Shown: positions 44,873-53,845 of the stretch, piece by piece
Layout of the letters: the number at the start of each line of letters is the position of its first letter
Position numbering within the stretch: the stretch's first letter is position 1
NCBI GenBank assembly: GCA_043801745.1
Contig: JAZDLR010000010.1
Coordinates: 10,509 to 74,508 of the forward strand
Length of the DNA: 64,000 nucleotides
Reading direction: 5' to 3'
DNA from: Candidatus Komeilibacteria bacterium
Lineage (GTDB): Bacteria; Patescibacteriota; Patescibacteriia; UBA1558; 2-01-FULL-52-15
Translations under genes and position numbers: made by a program
The notes under the pieces: model-generated
The model's database searches: none
Told to the model about the DNA's origin: nothing
What the model saw: only the letters and a program-made list of their open reading frames with translations

Positions 44873-45586
44873 CTAACGCACTGTTGACCACTTCTTAACC
44901 GGCTTTCCTTGCGCCGCACGCAGGTAATTAACCGACCACTGCCACATCAAATGCCAGTAACCGACCTGACGGTAACGGCGCGGCGATTCATAGACCGGTG
45001 TTTCCAAACAAGCAATACGTCCCTGACGGGCCAAACGGTTATATAATTCAAAATCCTCTCCCGCTCCCAGCCGCTCATTATAGCCGCCAAGTTGATTAAA
45101 AATTGATTTGCGTATTATTTGACACTCACCTTTGGCCGCGCCGCGTCCAATACGGTTAAGCCATTTTACATACTGCCAGAATAACCAGTGAAAAAGTTTA
45201 TCTGACCATAAACGCTCCTGAGGATAAACACCGGAGCGGGCCGTAGCTGCCACAATCCGCGGTTGACTAAAACCTTCAATGATAGCCGCTAGAAAAGCTT
45301 CAATATCAGCCACCAAGACATCCGCATCTAAAAATACTAAAATTTGACCTTTGGCCATGGCTGCTCCCCGGTTACGTCCGCGGGCAATAGTTTCCGGCCG
45401 ATTATCCGGCTTGCGGGCAATCTGATCAGCTAAAGGCCGGGCTATCTGAATAGTGCCATCAGTACTGCCGCCATCAGCCATAATAACTTCTAAATCATCG
45501 CTACGGTAACTTTGCCACTGTTTCAAAGAACGACCAATAACGGTCGCCTCATTGAAAGTAGGGATAATAATGCTGAATCGCGGCAT
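44873..45586 (-). CDS. Family 2 glycosyltransferase
   Basis: FSIIIPTFNE...VIMADGGSTDGT...FLDAD (GT2 DxD context). Confidence 0.75.
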   Translation of the reverse strand: MPRFSIIIPTFNEATVIGRSLKQWQSYRSDDLEVIMADGGSTDGTIQIARPLADQIARKPDNRPETIARGRNRGAAMAKGQILVFLDADVLVADIEAFLAAIIEGFSQPRIVAATARSGVYPQERLWSDKLFHWLFWQYVKWLNRIGRGAAKGECQIIRKSIFNQLGGYNERLGAGEDFELYNRLARQGRIACLETPVYESPRRYRQVGYWHLMWQWSVNYLRAAQGKPVKKWSTVR

Positions 45587-45589
45587 AAT

Positions 45590-46603
45590 TTATTCCTGAT
45601 TCACAACACTATAACAATAAGGCTTATCTGGCTTGTCAGGATTGGGCAGGCCAAATATTTCACCGTGAATATGAGTAATACCTTCTATTCCAAAACAGGG
45701 AACTTTATCACCAGGCCCATTTTCGCATTGGATATAGTCAAAACCTGATTGCTTCATGACATCTTCCAGCGCAACATAAAGAGTAGCAGGCGCGATCGTC
45801 AAATCAACCGCACAAGAGACCGGTGGATAAGCTGCATCAAATTTACACTTATTTGCTGGCCCTCCATAATGAAACGAATCACTATGCTGACACGATCCCA
45901 GAAGATCACCTTCAACTTCATCGCGATGACATAATTTTTTTCCTGCAGATACCGAGAAAATATTTCCGTCAGTAACACTACTCAAACCAACATTCCCCCA
46001 CCATGATTTTAGATTCGATTCCATATTATTCATAACTTTAACCAAACTGGGATGAAAAGTTGCCATTTGTTGATCAGCATTCCAGAGTGATGAAACCCTG
46101 ATAATTTTCTTCAAGCTCGGTTGCTCACCTGTACGTTTACAATATCCCGTGCCCTCCTGTCCTATAGTTATTTGTGAAGGAATGGTTACAACTTGAATAT
46201 CAATACTTTTCAAATTAACTAACTGACTATTAATCTGCGCAAATAAAACCCAGGAAATCAATGCCAACACCAGACCCGTGATGGCGCCGATAACAATATC
46301 CTTGGATTCTTTAATTTTACCGGCATCACCTACTGCCAGTAACCAGCGTAAACCACCAATAATGATCATCAAAACAGCCAGGATTACCGCTGCCCGGACA
46401 AAAAAAACGTACAAGGAAGAAATATAACAAGCCAGAAAAGTACCATCAGGAATACTCGAACAATTTTGTCCCAGCCCTAAATAAGAAGTAAATTTAATGC
46501 CGGCCGAAGCAAATACGTTTTGCCTCACACTTTCTACCGGACCGGCAGCCTGAGCAGTCGAAATTACCAAATGTGACCACCAACTAATAAATAGAGAAAT
46601 CAT
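45590..46603 (-). CDS. Signal-peptide protein with a TrbC/VirB2-like two-helix hydrophobic hairpin and a roughly 200-aa Cys-containing C-terminal domain (possible conjugative pilin-like protein / wall hydrolase fusion)
   Basis: Signal peptide, then AVILAVLMIIIGGLRWLLAVGDAGKIKESKDIVIGAITGLVLALISWVLF (helix-loop-helix like VirB2). C-terminal SCQHSDSFHYGGPANKCKFD weakly resembles the M15 SxHxxGxAxD motif. Confidence 0.4.
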   Translation of the reverse strand: MISLFISWWSHLVISTAQAAGPVESVRQNVFASAGIKFTSYLGLGQNCSSIPDGTFLACYISSLYVFFVRAAVILAVLMIIIGGLRWLLAVGDAGKIKESKDIVIGAITGLVLALISWVLFAQINSQLVNLKSIDIQVVTIPSQITIGQEGTGYCKRTGEQPSLKKIIRVSSLWNADQQMATFHPSLVKVMNNMESNLKSWWGNVGLSSVTDGNIFSVSAGKKLCHRDEVEGDLLGSCQHSDSFHYGGPANKCKFDAAYPPVSCAVDLTIAPATLYVALEDVMKQSGFDYIQCENGPGDKVPCFGIEGITHIHGEIFGLPNPDKPDKPYCYSVVNQE

Positions 46604-47232
46604 CGTTGTTCAATTATTGTTTGCCACTCACTTAAACTTAATTCACCCTCAACTCTAATTGTACCATTTACTTCGGAATATGGCACGGCGGAAATATTAG
46701 CTGCCACAGCTTCAGCCACAGAACGCTCCACCAGATCAAGCGGCTGCTGCTCGGACAAACAAACTGTAAAAAGATCTCTGTCTAATCCCAAATTACCGGC
46801 CATATTAACTAACGCTGTTGAGCCGGAAACGAGGTTGCCTTGACGGGCGAATAAGCCATCGTGATACTGCCAGAATTGACCCTGATTTTGGGCGCAGCGG
46901 GCAGCTAAGGCTAATTGCCGTGAGGCGTCATCTTCAGGTAAATCTTTCCAAACCAAACGCACCCGGTCAGGATAACGAGCCACAATTTGTTGTAGTGTAT
47001 CGGCGTTCCGCTTACAGGCCGGGCAGGAAAAACTACTAAAGGTAATGACCGTCACCGCGGCCTGCCGCTGACCCAAAACAGGATCCTCAGGATCAACAAC
47101 AACCGGTTGAAAACTCTGTTTAACTTCAGTTAACCGGCCAGAGGCAAAACGGATACGCCTAACCACTATAACTGCCACTGCTGCTGTCAGCAAAAAAACA
47201 ATAAAAATAATCGTTAGCCACTTCCTATTCAT
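46600..47232 (-). CDS. Thioredoxin-fold DsbA-like oxidoreductase, membrane-anchored
   Basis: N-terminal transmembrane segment and FSSFSCPACK active site. Third DsbA paralog in the window. Confidence 0.65.
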   Translation of the reverse strand: MNRKWLTIIFIVFLLTAAVAVIVVRRIRFASGRLTEVKQSFQPVVVDPEDPVLGQRQAAVTVITFSSFSCPACKRNADTLQQIVARYPDRVRLVWKDLPEDDASRQLALAARCAQNQGQFWQYHDGLFARQGNLVSGSTALVNMAGNLGLDRDLFTVCLSEQQPLDLVERSVAEAVAANISAVPYSEVNGTIRVEGELSLSEWQTIIEQR

Positions 47233-47234
47233 GG

Positions 47235-48449
47235 TTATTTTAATTGGATACTGTGCAACTTATTACTAAAGCGGTCGGTAAAATATAACATTGATTCATC
47301 AGCCGATAGGAAAACACTGGCGGCGTTATACAGCTGCTCATTACCGACCGGAATAGCCAGCGGCACGCGCACGCCCGAAGCAAGGTCAATCCGGTAAAAA
47401 ACATCCGGAATGGTATCAGCTAAAGACGGATATAGTCCGGCACCATCGGGTAACTCCCGTGGCACAGCGCAAAATATCTGATCACCGCCACGGTTGAAAG
47501 TGCATTTATTAGCCCAGGTTTGCAGCTGTAAATCAGTATGACTGTAGCCCAAATCAGCAGCACTACCCTGGGTTAGCCATAAACGCGGCTTAAAACTGTC
47601 ACCGGCATTAGAGGCGTTATACAGCAAATTGTCCCCGGCCGGTGACCAGTTACCCTGAAACTTCAGACCGTCCACAGTAAAAGATTTAAAATTCTCGCCA
47701 TTTCTGCCAATGGGAATAACCTGCTGTTTGTCCGTACCAATAGCTTCCCGGTATAAAGCGATGATTTGATTATCCGGTGATATTGACACCTGCAGATCAA
47801 CGACGTTATTACCGCTGATCGGTTCCACTAATTTTAGATCCGAACCGTCTAATTTACTGGTGGTCAGCCATTGATTATCCTGATCGCCACCCTGCCAAAC
47901 TGCAGCCAGTGTTGTTCCCGAAGGATCAATAGAAAATTTTTCCAGCTCTTTAGGCAAAGTTATCTGTTTCTTGGTATTGAAATCGTACATGATATTAGAG
48001 CCGTCAGGATATTCCAGAATCGCCTGCTGTCTGACTGGCGACCAAGTTACTGTCTCCACCCCGTAGAAGACCGGGTCACTGTAGGGGACTGTCTTACCAT
48101 CAACATTAAGTGAGACAAATTGCGAACTGCCGGGCTGATAATAGACTAAACCACCGCCGGTTATTTTCGGATTAACGATTCCATCTGGACCATAATCAGT
48201 TACTTGAGTCAGTCCGCCGGAGGCTACAGCGTCTACGGTGACAGCAGTCGGGAAACCAGCGGGCGGCGTGGTGGTTGGTGTTACAACAGGAATCTGACCC
48301 GGAGTAACACCGGGTAATTGTCCGGGTGTATTTGTATTTGTTACCGGCACATTACCTGTCGGCCGGAAAAAAACAGCGTATAGACCGTAGGCGATCCCCA
48401 TCACTACTACCACGAATCCGACATACAAACCGATTTTTTTGATATTCAT
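47235..48449 (-). CDS. Membrane-anchored protein with Pro/Thr-rich linker and a TolB-like beta-propeller-like C-terminal region
   Basis: Start placed at MNIKKIGLYVG (abutting the upstream gene). PT-rich linker. Repeats resembling PD40/WD40-like beta-propeller blades. Confidence 0.4.
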   Translation of the reverse strand: MNIKKIGLYVGFVVVVMGIAYGLYAVFFRPTGNVPVTNTNTPGQLPGVTPGQIPVVTPTTTPPAGFPTAVTVDAVASGGLTQVTDYGPDGIVNPKITGGGLVYYQPGSSQFVSLNVDGKTVPYSDPVFYGVETVTWSPVRQQAILEYPDGSNIMYDFNTKKQITLPKELEKFSIDPSGTTLAAVWQGGDQDNQWLTTSKLDGSDLKLVEPISGNNVVDLQVSISPDNQIIALYREAIGTDKQQVIPIGRNGENFKSFTVDGLKFQGNWSPAGDNLLYNASNAGDSFKPRLWLTQGSAADLGYSHTDLQLQTWANKCTFNRGGDQIFCAVPRELPDGAGLYPSLADTIPDVFYRIDLASGVRVPLAIPVGNEQLYNAASVFLSADESMLYFTDRFSNKLHSIQLK

Positions 48450-48453
48450 AATT

Positions 48454-49023
48454 TTATTGAGAGGTAACCGGAGCAGTAACTGTACTGGTAGTGGCCGCCG
48501 GGTGCACAATCCCGTCCCACCAATTTCTAATTATTAAGCCAACAAACAATTTAGGATCAATAATCGGCATAAGAATAATTAATAAAATTGAAACTAAAGT
48601 TAGTATTATCCAGTCAACAAACACCAAAATGGCAAATTCCAAACCATTAAGTCTGTCCTCGGCCAAATACGGCAGAGAGCTGCCGAATAGATTACAAACA
48701 ACCAAACGCAGATGCATTTCCAGAAAGACTAGAACCAAAGCTACGATCGTAGCACTGGTAACCAGACGCCGGAGTTCGCGCAAAGATTTTCCCGACTTTA
48801 AGACTTCAGTAATTTTGTCAGCCTGATCGTTACTCTTCTGGCCATAGTGTTCCAAACGGCTGGCAGTTTTCTGCTGGTTAAATTGCTCCTGACGATCCCG
48901 CTCCAACTGCTGTTGCTCCAGACGGACATCGGCCGGATAATCTTTACCGGGCTGCCAATCTAAACCTGGCCGTGCTTGTAAAGTCTCGGCCATATTAGGG
49001 TTTACTCCACTCGGCGGCATCAA
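48454..49023 (-). CDS. Hypothetical membrane protein (189 aa)
   Basis: ORF with 2-3 transmembrane segments. In the type IV secretion-like cluster. Confidence 0.35.
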   Translation of the reverse strand: MMPPSGVNPNMAETLQARPGLDWQPGKDYPADVRLEQQQLERDRQEQFNQQKTASRLEHYGQKSNDQADKITEVLKSGKSLRELRRLVTSATIVALVLVFLEMHLRLVVCNLFGSSLPYLAEDRLNGLEFAILVFVDWIILTLVSILLIILMPIIDPKLFVGLIIRNWWDGIVHPAATTSTVTAPVTSQ

Positions 49024-49546
49024 CCAGCCACTGATTGGCTTGTTTAATCAAAGTTAAGGCCAAATCCTGATAATAGACCTTGGGTTGCAGACTGGCATTA
49101 CGTTCACTGCGCTGCAAAGTCACCACCAGCTGAGCCACGGCGGCGTTAGCCTGAACCACTTTAATGGCAATCAGGCGGCTTTCCACTCCTTGGTAGCTGT
49201 CACCGGGCTTGGTATTGGCAGTTGTAAAGGTTGAACTCAGACGGCCGGTCATCAGGGGAAACAATTGCTTGATATTATCATAAGGATTTTGATTGGAATA
49301 ACTGCCGAAACGTTCAGCGAAATTTCTGGCTGCCACCACTGCCTCCCCACCTTCCGGAGCTTTGACCGGAGTTTCCGGGGAGTTAGAGTTAGTGACTGCC
49401 GTATTATTCTGATTAGTCAGGACAACGTCGCGGGGCTGCTGTTGAGTAATCAGCCACCAGATAAAAAAAGACGCCAAGACAATAACAACAATAATAGTAA
49501 TTATTACCCCCAGTTTATTATCTTGCCACCATTGACGGACATCCAT
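48995..49546 (-). CDS. Bitopic membrane protein, possibly VirB8/TcpC-like (NTF2-like periplasmic domain)
   Basis: One N-terminal transmembrane segment plus a roughly 130-aa soluble domain. Position immediately downstream of the VirB4-like ATPase. Assignment by architecture only. Confidence 0.3.
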   Translation of the reverse strand: MDVRQWWQDNKLGVIITIIVVIVLASFFIWWLITQQQPRDVVLTNQNNTAVTNSNSPETPVKAPEGGEAVVAARNFAERFGSYSNQNPYDNIKQLFPLMTGRLSSTFTTANTKPGDSYQGVESRLIAIKVVQANAAVAQLVVTLQRSERNASLQPKVYYQDLALTLIKQANQWLVDAAEWSKP

Positions 49547-49547
49547 A

Positions 49548-51440
49548 TTACGGCGTGCCTAATGATTTGTTTAAGGTTTCGGAAAAATCCTTCTTGGCCT
49601 GCTCAATTTCCAATAACTGTTTGGGATCAGAAGTAATTAATTGATCCTCCGTATAGGAAGCCATGATTTTAATAGCTGCGTGTTTAGCGCCAGCGAAAAA
49701 TATACCCTCACCTACCGCGCTCTCCAGTAATAAATATTTTTCACCTTCAGTCAGCAAGAAAGTCTTCTGCACATTATTAATGGCTGCCGGTGACTGTTTC
49801 AGCAATAATTGCAAAGAAGAATTAGTCACAATCGCCTGACCATAAGGGGATAATAAAAAGTCATTAACATCCTGAGAAATAGTGGTAATGCCCAAATAAT
49901 ATTTGCGGCAGCGTTTGACCAGGGCGTAGATAAATTTAGCACTATCTTCATGCTGCATTAACCACCAAGCCTCATCAATAATCAGTAAGCGTTTCTTAAC
50001 TGAAGAACGGACAATGTTCCAGATATAGTTTATGATCGTATAGATGGCGATGGGGCGTAATTCATCTTCCAAATCACGGACACTAAAAACCACCAGCTGA
50101 TTATCAATATCCACGTTTGTCGGGGCGTTAAATAAACCGGAAAAGGTGCCTTGGGTATATTTCTTAATGCGCAGAGCGATGTCCTCTCCCCCAACCATAT
50201 CTAGCAACACCTCCTCAAAATCCGACATCAGAGGCATACTGCGCTGACCCCAATCAGATCCCGGGGTAATATCTTTCTTGGCGTAAGTTTCCAGCAGGGC
50301 CCGGTCAACAATCGAATCTTCCTCATTGGTCAAAACGCCGACCATCAAGCGCACCAAACCTTTGAGCGTAATAACCGCGCTGCGTAAAATATCTTCCGGG
50401 TGAGCATCGCCTAATTTACGCGGCAAATCAAAAGGGTTAAGTTTGCTTTCCGAATTGAGTGATAAATTAACATAAGTACCACCAACCGAATCTGATAAAT
50501 GCAAATACTCTTTTTCCGGATCAATAATGATCACGTCCGTGCCCAACATCATACTGCGCAAGACTTCGAGTTTAACAGCATAACTTTTGCCGGCGCCAGA
50601 AGTGGCAAAAACTACTGAATTGGCATTTTGCAAACTGAAACGGTCAAAAATTATTAAACTGTTATTGTGGCGGTTGATACCATACATAATGCCATTATCT
50701 GAGGTCAGCTCTGAAGACACAAAAGGAAAGGAAGCGGCGGCCGGTGAACTGCTCATATTAGCCGTAACGGAAAGCTCGTCATTACCTAAAGGTAAGGTGG
50801 AATTAAAACCTTGCTCCGTCTGATAGAAAGCCCGGCGCGACATCACTAAATGAGCACCCAACAAATTTTCAATTTTATCGGAAGCGTTATCCAGGGCCTC
50901 TTTAGTTTCGGCGTAGACAGTAATATACAGAGCATTCTGAAAAAACCTTTCTGTACCCTGACTTAAAGAATCGCGCAAAGCTTCAATATCGGCTAAGGCT
51001 GTTTCCTGCACCGGATCACGCGGGGAGCCTTTCTCCCGGTCGGAAATAATTTGTGCTTCGATCACGCCGACTTTCTTCTTCAGCTGTTTTAAAACCATAG
51101 TGCTGTCAACCGGATAAAAGAACATGGCAATATCCAAAGGCAAACTATAATTAATAATCGGTGCGAACCAACTTATGGTAACGTAACGGGGATAAGCAAT
51201 AACAAAAATTGTCCGGGCAAATAATGGTCCGAGGCGCAAAAAATTAACATCAACCTGAAAAGAAGAAGGCGCAATAATATCACGAATACTGACAACACCC
51301 TGACGAAAAAATTTCTCCGCCTCCAAAATGCCGATCTCTTCTTGAGTTTTTTCCTTCAGCTCTTCTTCCTGCTGGAAAACATTCTTCGGCGGTATATCCG
51401 CGGCGGCGTAAGAGCGTTTCAGTTCTTTGGGTTCGATCAT
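49548..51440 (-). CDS. VirB4/TraC/TrbE-family type IV secretion ATPase (AAA10)
   Basis: Walker A VFATSGAGKSY. Walker B LLIIDEAWWL. Downstream GITTISQ (the aTQ motif). Confidence 0.75.
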   Translation of the reverse strand: MIEPKELKRSYAAADIPPKNVFQQEEELKEKTQEEIGILEAEKFFRQGVVSIRDIIAPSSFQVDVNFLRLGPLFARTIFVIAYPRYVTISWFAPIINYSLPLDIAMFFYPVDSTMVLKQLKKKVGVIEAQIISDREKGSPRDPVQETALADIEALRDSLSQGTERFFQNALYITVYAETKEALDNASDKIENLLGAHLVMSRRAFYQTEQGFNSTLPLGNDELSVTANMSSSPAAASFPFVSSELTSDNGIMYGINRHNNSLIIFDRFSLQNANSVVFATSGAGKSYAVKLEVLRSMMLGTDVIIIDPEKEYLHLSDSVGGTYVNLSLNSESKLNPFDLPRKLGDAHPEDILRSAVITLKGLVRLMVGVLTNEEDSIVDRALLETYAKKDITPGSDWGQRSMPLMSDFEEVLLDMVGGEDIALRIKKYTQGTFSGLFNAPTNVDIDNQLVVFSVRDLEDELRPIAIYTIINYIWNIVRSSVKKRLLIIDEAWWLMQHEDSAKFIYALVKRCRKYYLGITTISQDVNDFLLSPYGQAIVTNSSLQLLLKQSPAAINNVQKTFLLTEGEKYLLLESAVGEGIFFAGAKHAAIKIMASYTEDQLITSDPKQLLEIEQAKKDFSETLNKSLGTP

Positions 51441-52117
51441 TGGCTCAACGATAGCTGATTAATGTCTTCCAGCGGCTGGCTTTTAGTCATAGTAGGATTA
51501 TAGCTGTTGTAATACAACTCAATTAATGCCTGAGTATCCAATCGTTGCACCTGTAAACCCATACTAGTTAAACCGGAGGAAATAAAAATTGACCTTTTAG
51601 TTAATTCACGGGAATATTTATCAAATTTCTCCCGGCCCAAAGCTATGCGCCGGGCTGTAGAAAAAGCTTCCATTAAACGCTCCCAGTATTTCCGTTTCAC
51701 ATCGTGCAAAGGATTATAAGAAACAACCACAAAAAATTTCTTACTCATAATGTCTTCCAGCTCCAGTAATTCAGTGACAAAGTTACGATAATCAGCTGTT
51801 TGCAGGCGTAATAATTCATTAGTGTGTTCTCTTTCGGTCTTCTTTAAACGGTCCAAATATTCATCAATGTTTAGCGGACGCGATTGAACCACGATTTGCA
51901 GAGGCACATTGAGAGAATTTAAAAAGTTAACGTAAGAACCCACCATAGCCTCCTGCTCATCTTCTGATTTCAAATCAAAGTTAATGGACGAGACAATCAA
52001 AACAGCCCGCACCGTGCCATCGCGCATTACTACGACGTCTTCTTTGATTTCAGCTATATCCAGATACTTCTGCGCTGAAGCCAACGAAGTAGTTTTCTTT
52101 TTACGTTCCTTGGCCAT
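51437..52117 (-). CDS. Hypothetical protein (about 226 aa) between the PrgI-like and VirB4-like genes. Possibly an N-terminal VirB4-associated domain.
   Basis: Start placed at MAKERKKK. Overlaps the VirB4-like start by 4 nt. Confidence 0.4.
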   Translation of the reverse strand: MAKERKKKTTSLASAQKYLDIAEIKEDVVVMRDGTVRAVLIVSSINFDLKSEDEQEAMVGSYVNFLNSLNVPLQIVVQSRPLNIDEYLDRLKKTEREHTNELLRLQTADYRNFVTELLELEDIMSKKFFVVVSYNPLHDVKRKYWERLMEAFSTARRIALGREKFDKYSRELTKRSIFISSGLTSMGLQVQRLDTQALIELYYNSYNPTMTKSQPLEDINQLSLSQ

Positions 52118-52562
52118 AATTAGATTGATTGGCAAAATTAGCCCGTTCCTCTCCCCGATAAACTCCGCCAGTATCAACCACTAAAGCCAACTCTGACAGC
52201 TTGCGGGCTGATAACCGCGGTTTATTTATCAACTGATCTTCCGCTTTCTGCGGCTGCTTCATTACTTGAGTCACTACATCATCCTCTTTCTGCCAAACCC
52301 GTAAATCCGGTTTAGCAAAACGTGATAAAAAATTCAGAATAAAAATATGCATAGGTGTACCGTTGATTTTCAGGAAAGCGAAGCTGCCGCCAATAGCTAG
52401 AATAATCACGGCCTGAACTAAAAATAGATTAAACTCAAATAACTTATAAACAGTAAAAATTAAAATTCCCGTAACTATTAAAGTAATGAACTGACGGGTT
52501 GTAATACTGCCAATAATCTTGTCTTCAATATCAATAAATTGAGGCACAATGAATTTACGCAT
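52101..52562 (-). CDS. PrgI/TcpE (VirB3-like) family small membrane protein
   Basis: FIDIEDKIIGSITTRQFITLIVTGILIF then two transmembrane segments. Family that typically precedes VirB4 in Gram-positive-type systems. Confidence 0.6.
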   Translation of the reverse strand: MRKFIVPQFIDIEDKIIGSITTRQFITLIVTGILIFTVYKLFEFNLFLVQAVIILAIGGSFAFLKINGTPMHIFILNFLSRFAKPDLRVWQKEDDVVTQVMKQPQKAEDQLINKPRLSARKLSELALVVDTGGVYRGEERANFANQSNYGQGT

Positions 52563-52563
52563 G

Positions 52564-53736
52564 TTAAAATCTGAGCTGCTTATTAAGGTCAGTCATAGCT
52601 TCAAATTCTTCGGCACTTAAAAAGGGCTGTCCCTGCTGCTGCAATTCCGTAACTATCTGTCCTAAATTACGGCCGTGCTCCAGACCATGATGACCCATAG
52701 CTAAATAAGTTTGATACACACCACTGGAGCGCCAAGCGGCAATAGCTTGCGCTTTTCGGGCTAAAGACTCTTTCTCCAGACTGCCGATTCGTTGCAGTAT
52801 TTTGGCCGCGCGCATGCGCGGATCAGAATCTAAACCACGGAATTCCTCCAAAGTCATGGCAGCTAATTCATCAATACGGCTCATAACTTTGGCCGGCCGT
52901 GCTGCCCGCACCGAAGAGCTTAGACGCACTGGTTCAATCGAAACCGCTCGGCGAATCCGGGGTAAATCTGAAGATGCTGCGGGAGATGCTACCGGCGGCT
53001 CCGGAACTGGGGAAACCGGAGCTGAAGTCCTAGTGGGCAATGGCGGCACTTCAACCCGGAGCTGCGGCTGGGCAGCTGCAGTGACCACTGGAGCTACCGC
53101 TTCAACCCGCTTAATATCGACTGTGGCCGTATTGGCTTCAGCTTCAACCCCTGTTTCAGTAGAGCCCCGCACCACTACTCCATCGGCCATTTCAATTTTA
53201 TCCTTCAAATTCTTAACAATTACCATTATTTTGTCTGCCAAAGCTGGCTCTACTTGTAAACTTTGGATCAGAAATTCCCGGGTAATCACGTAACTTCTAG
53301 CCTGACGGAAATAACTTAGCAGGACACTGATAAATTCCGCCTCTTGCCGCACGTTAAACTTAAGCTGATTCTTTTCCAGTATTTTGGCGGCAATTTTCTC
53401 CACACTATATTTACGTTTGGCCGCTGCCGAAGTCAAATAGCCGGCGATTTTACTCATTTCTGCCTGCAGCTCTTCTTTATCGTCAGGGTGAAAATGAAAT
53501 TCAGCCGTGTCCTGAGGCGCACCAACGCTCGGAGCCGGCAAAAAATGAATATCAGCCGGAATCTGAGCCGGTTGAGTATAATTAGGAGTTGGGGCTGGCG
53601 CTAACGGTATTGCTGGCGGCGTAGCTCCTGAACTCAATGACCCCTTGTGCCAGACTTTAAACTGACCATCAACATCTTTTACTAGAAAAGATGAGTCTGA
53701 CGATGATGACACTACTTGATTAGCCATGGGTAGCAA
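52564..53736 (-). CDS. Hypothetical protein with Pro/Ala-rich segments (390 aa)
   Basis: Long ORF. PAIPLAPAPTPNYTQPAQIP and PLPTRTSAPVSPVPEPPVASPAA low-complexity linkers. Confidence 0.4.
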   Translation of the reverse strand: MLPMANQVVSSSSDSSFLVKDVDGQFKVWHKGSLSSGATPPAIPLAPAPTPNYTQPAQIPADIHFLPAPSVGAPQDTAEFHFHPDDKEELQAEMSKIAGYLTSAAAKRKYSVEKIAAKILEKNQLKFNVRQEAEFISVLLSYFRQARSYVITREFLIQSLQVEPALADKIMVIVKNLKDKIEMADGVVVRGSTETGVEAEANTATVDIKRVEAVAPVVTAAAQPQLRVEVPPLPTRTSAPVSPVPEPPVASPAASSDLPRIRRAVSIEPVRLSSSVRAARPAKVMSRIDELAAMTLEEFRGLDSDPRMRAAKILQRIGSLEKESLARKAQAIAAWRSSGVYQTYLAMGHHGLEHGRNLGQIVTELQQQGQPFLSAEEFEAMTDLNKQLRF

Positions 53737-53845
53737 AAAATCGCTAAAAATAATGACTATTAACAGCCTAAATTATACCATAAAAGATGTGACAGTACCA
53801 AGATCACTAATGGTCAGTACTGCCGTGAATAACCGGCCAAAAAAA

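Noticed and set aside
52802-53293. 163-aa plus-strand ORF rich in Ala/Thr/Gly/Ser
   Set aside because: It is antisense to the Pro/Ala-rich region of the 390-aa minus-strand protein. Mirror low-complexity artefact.
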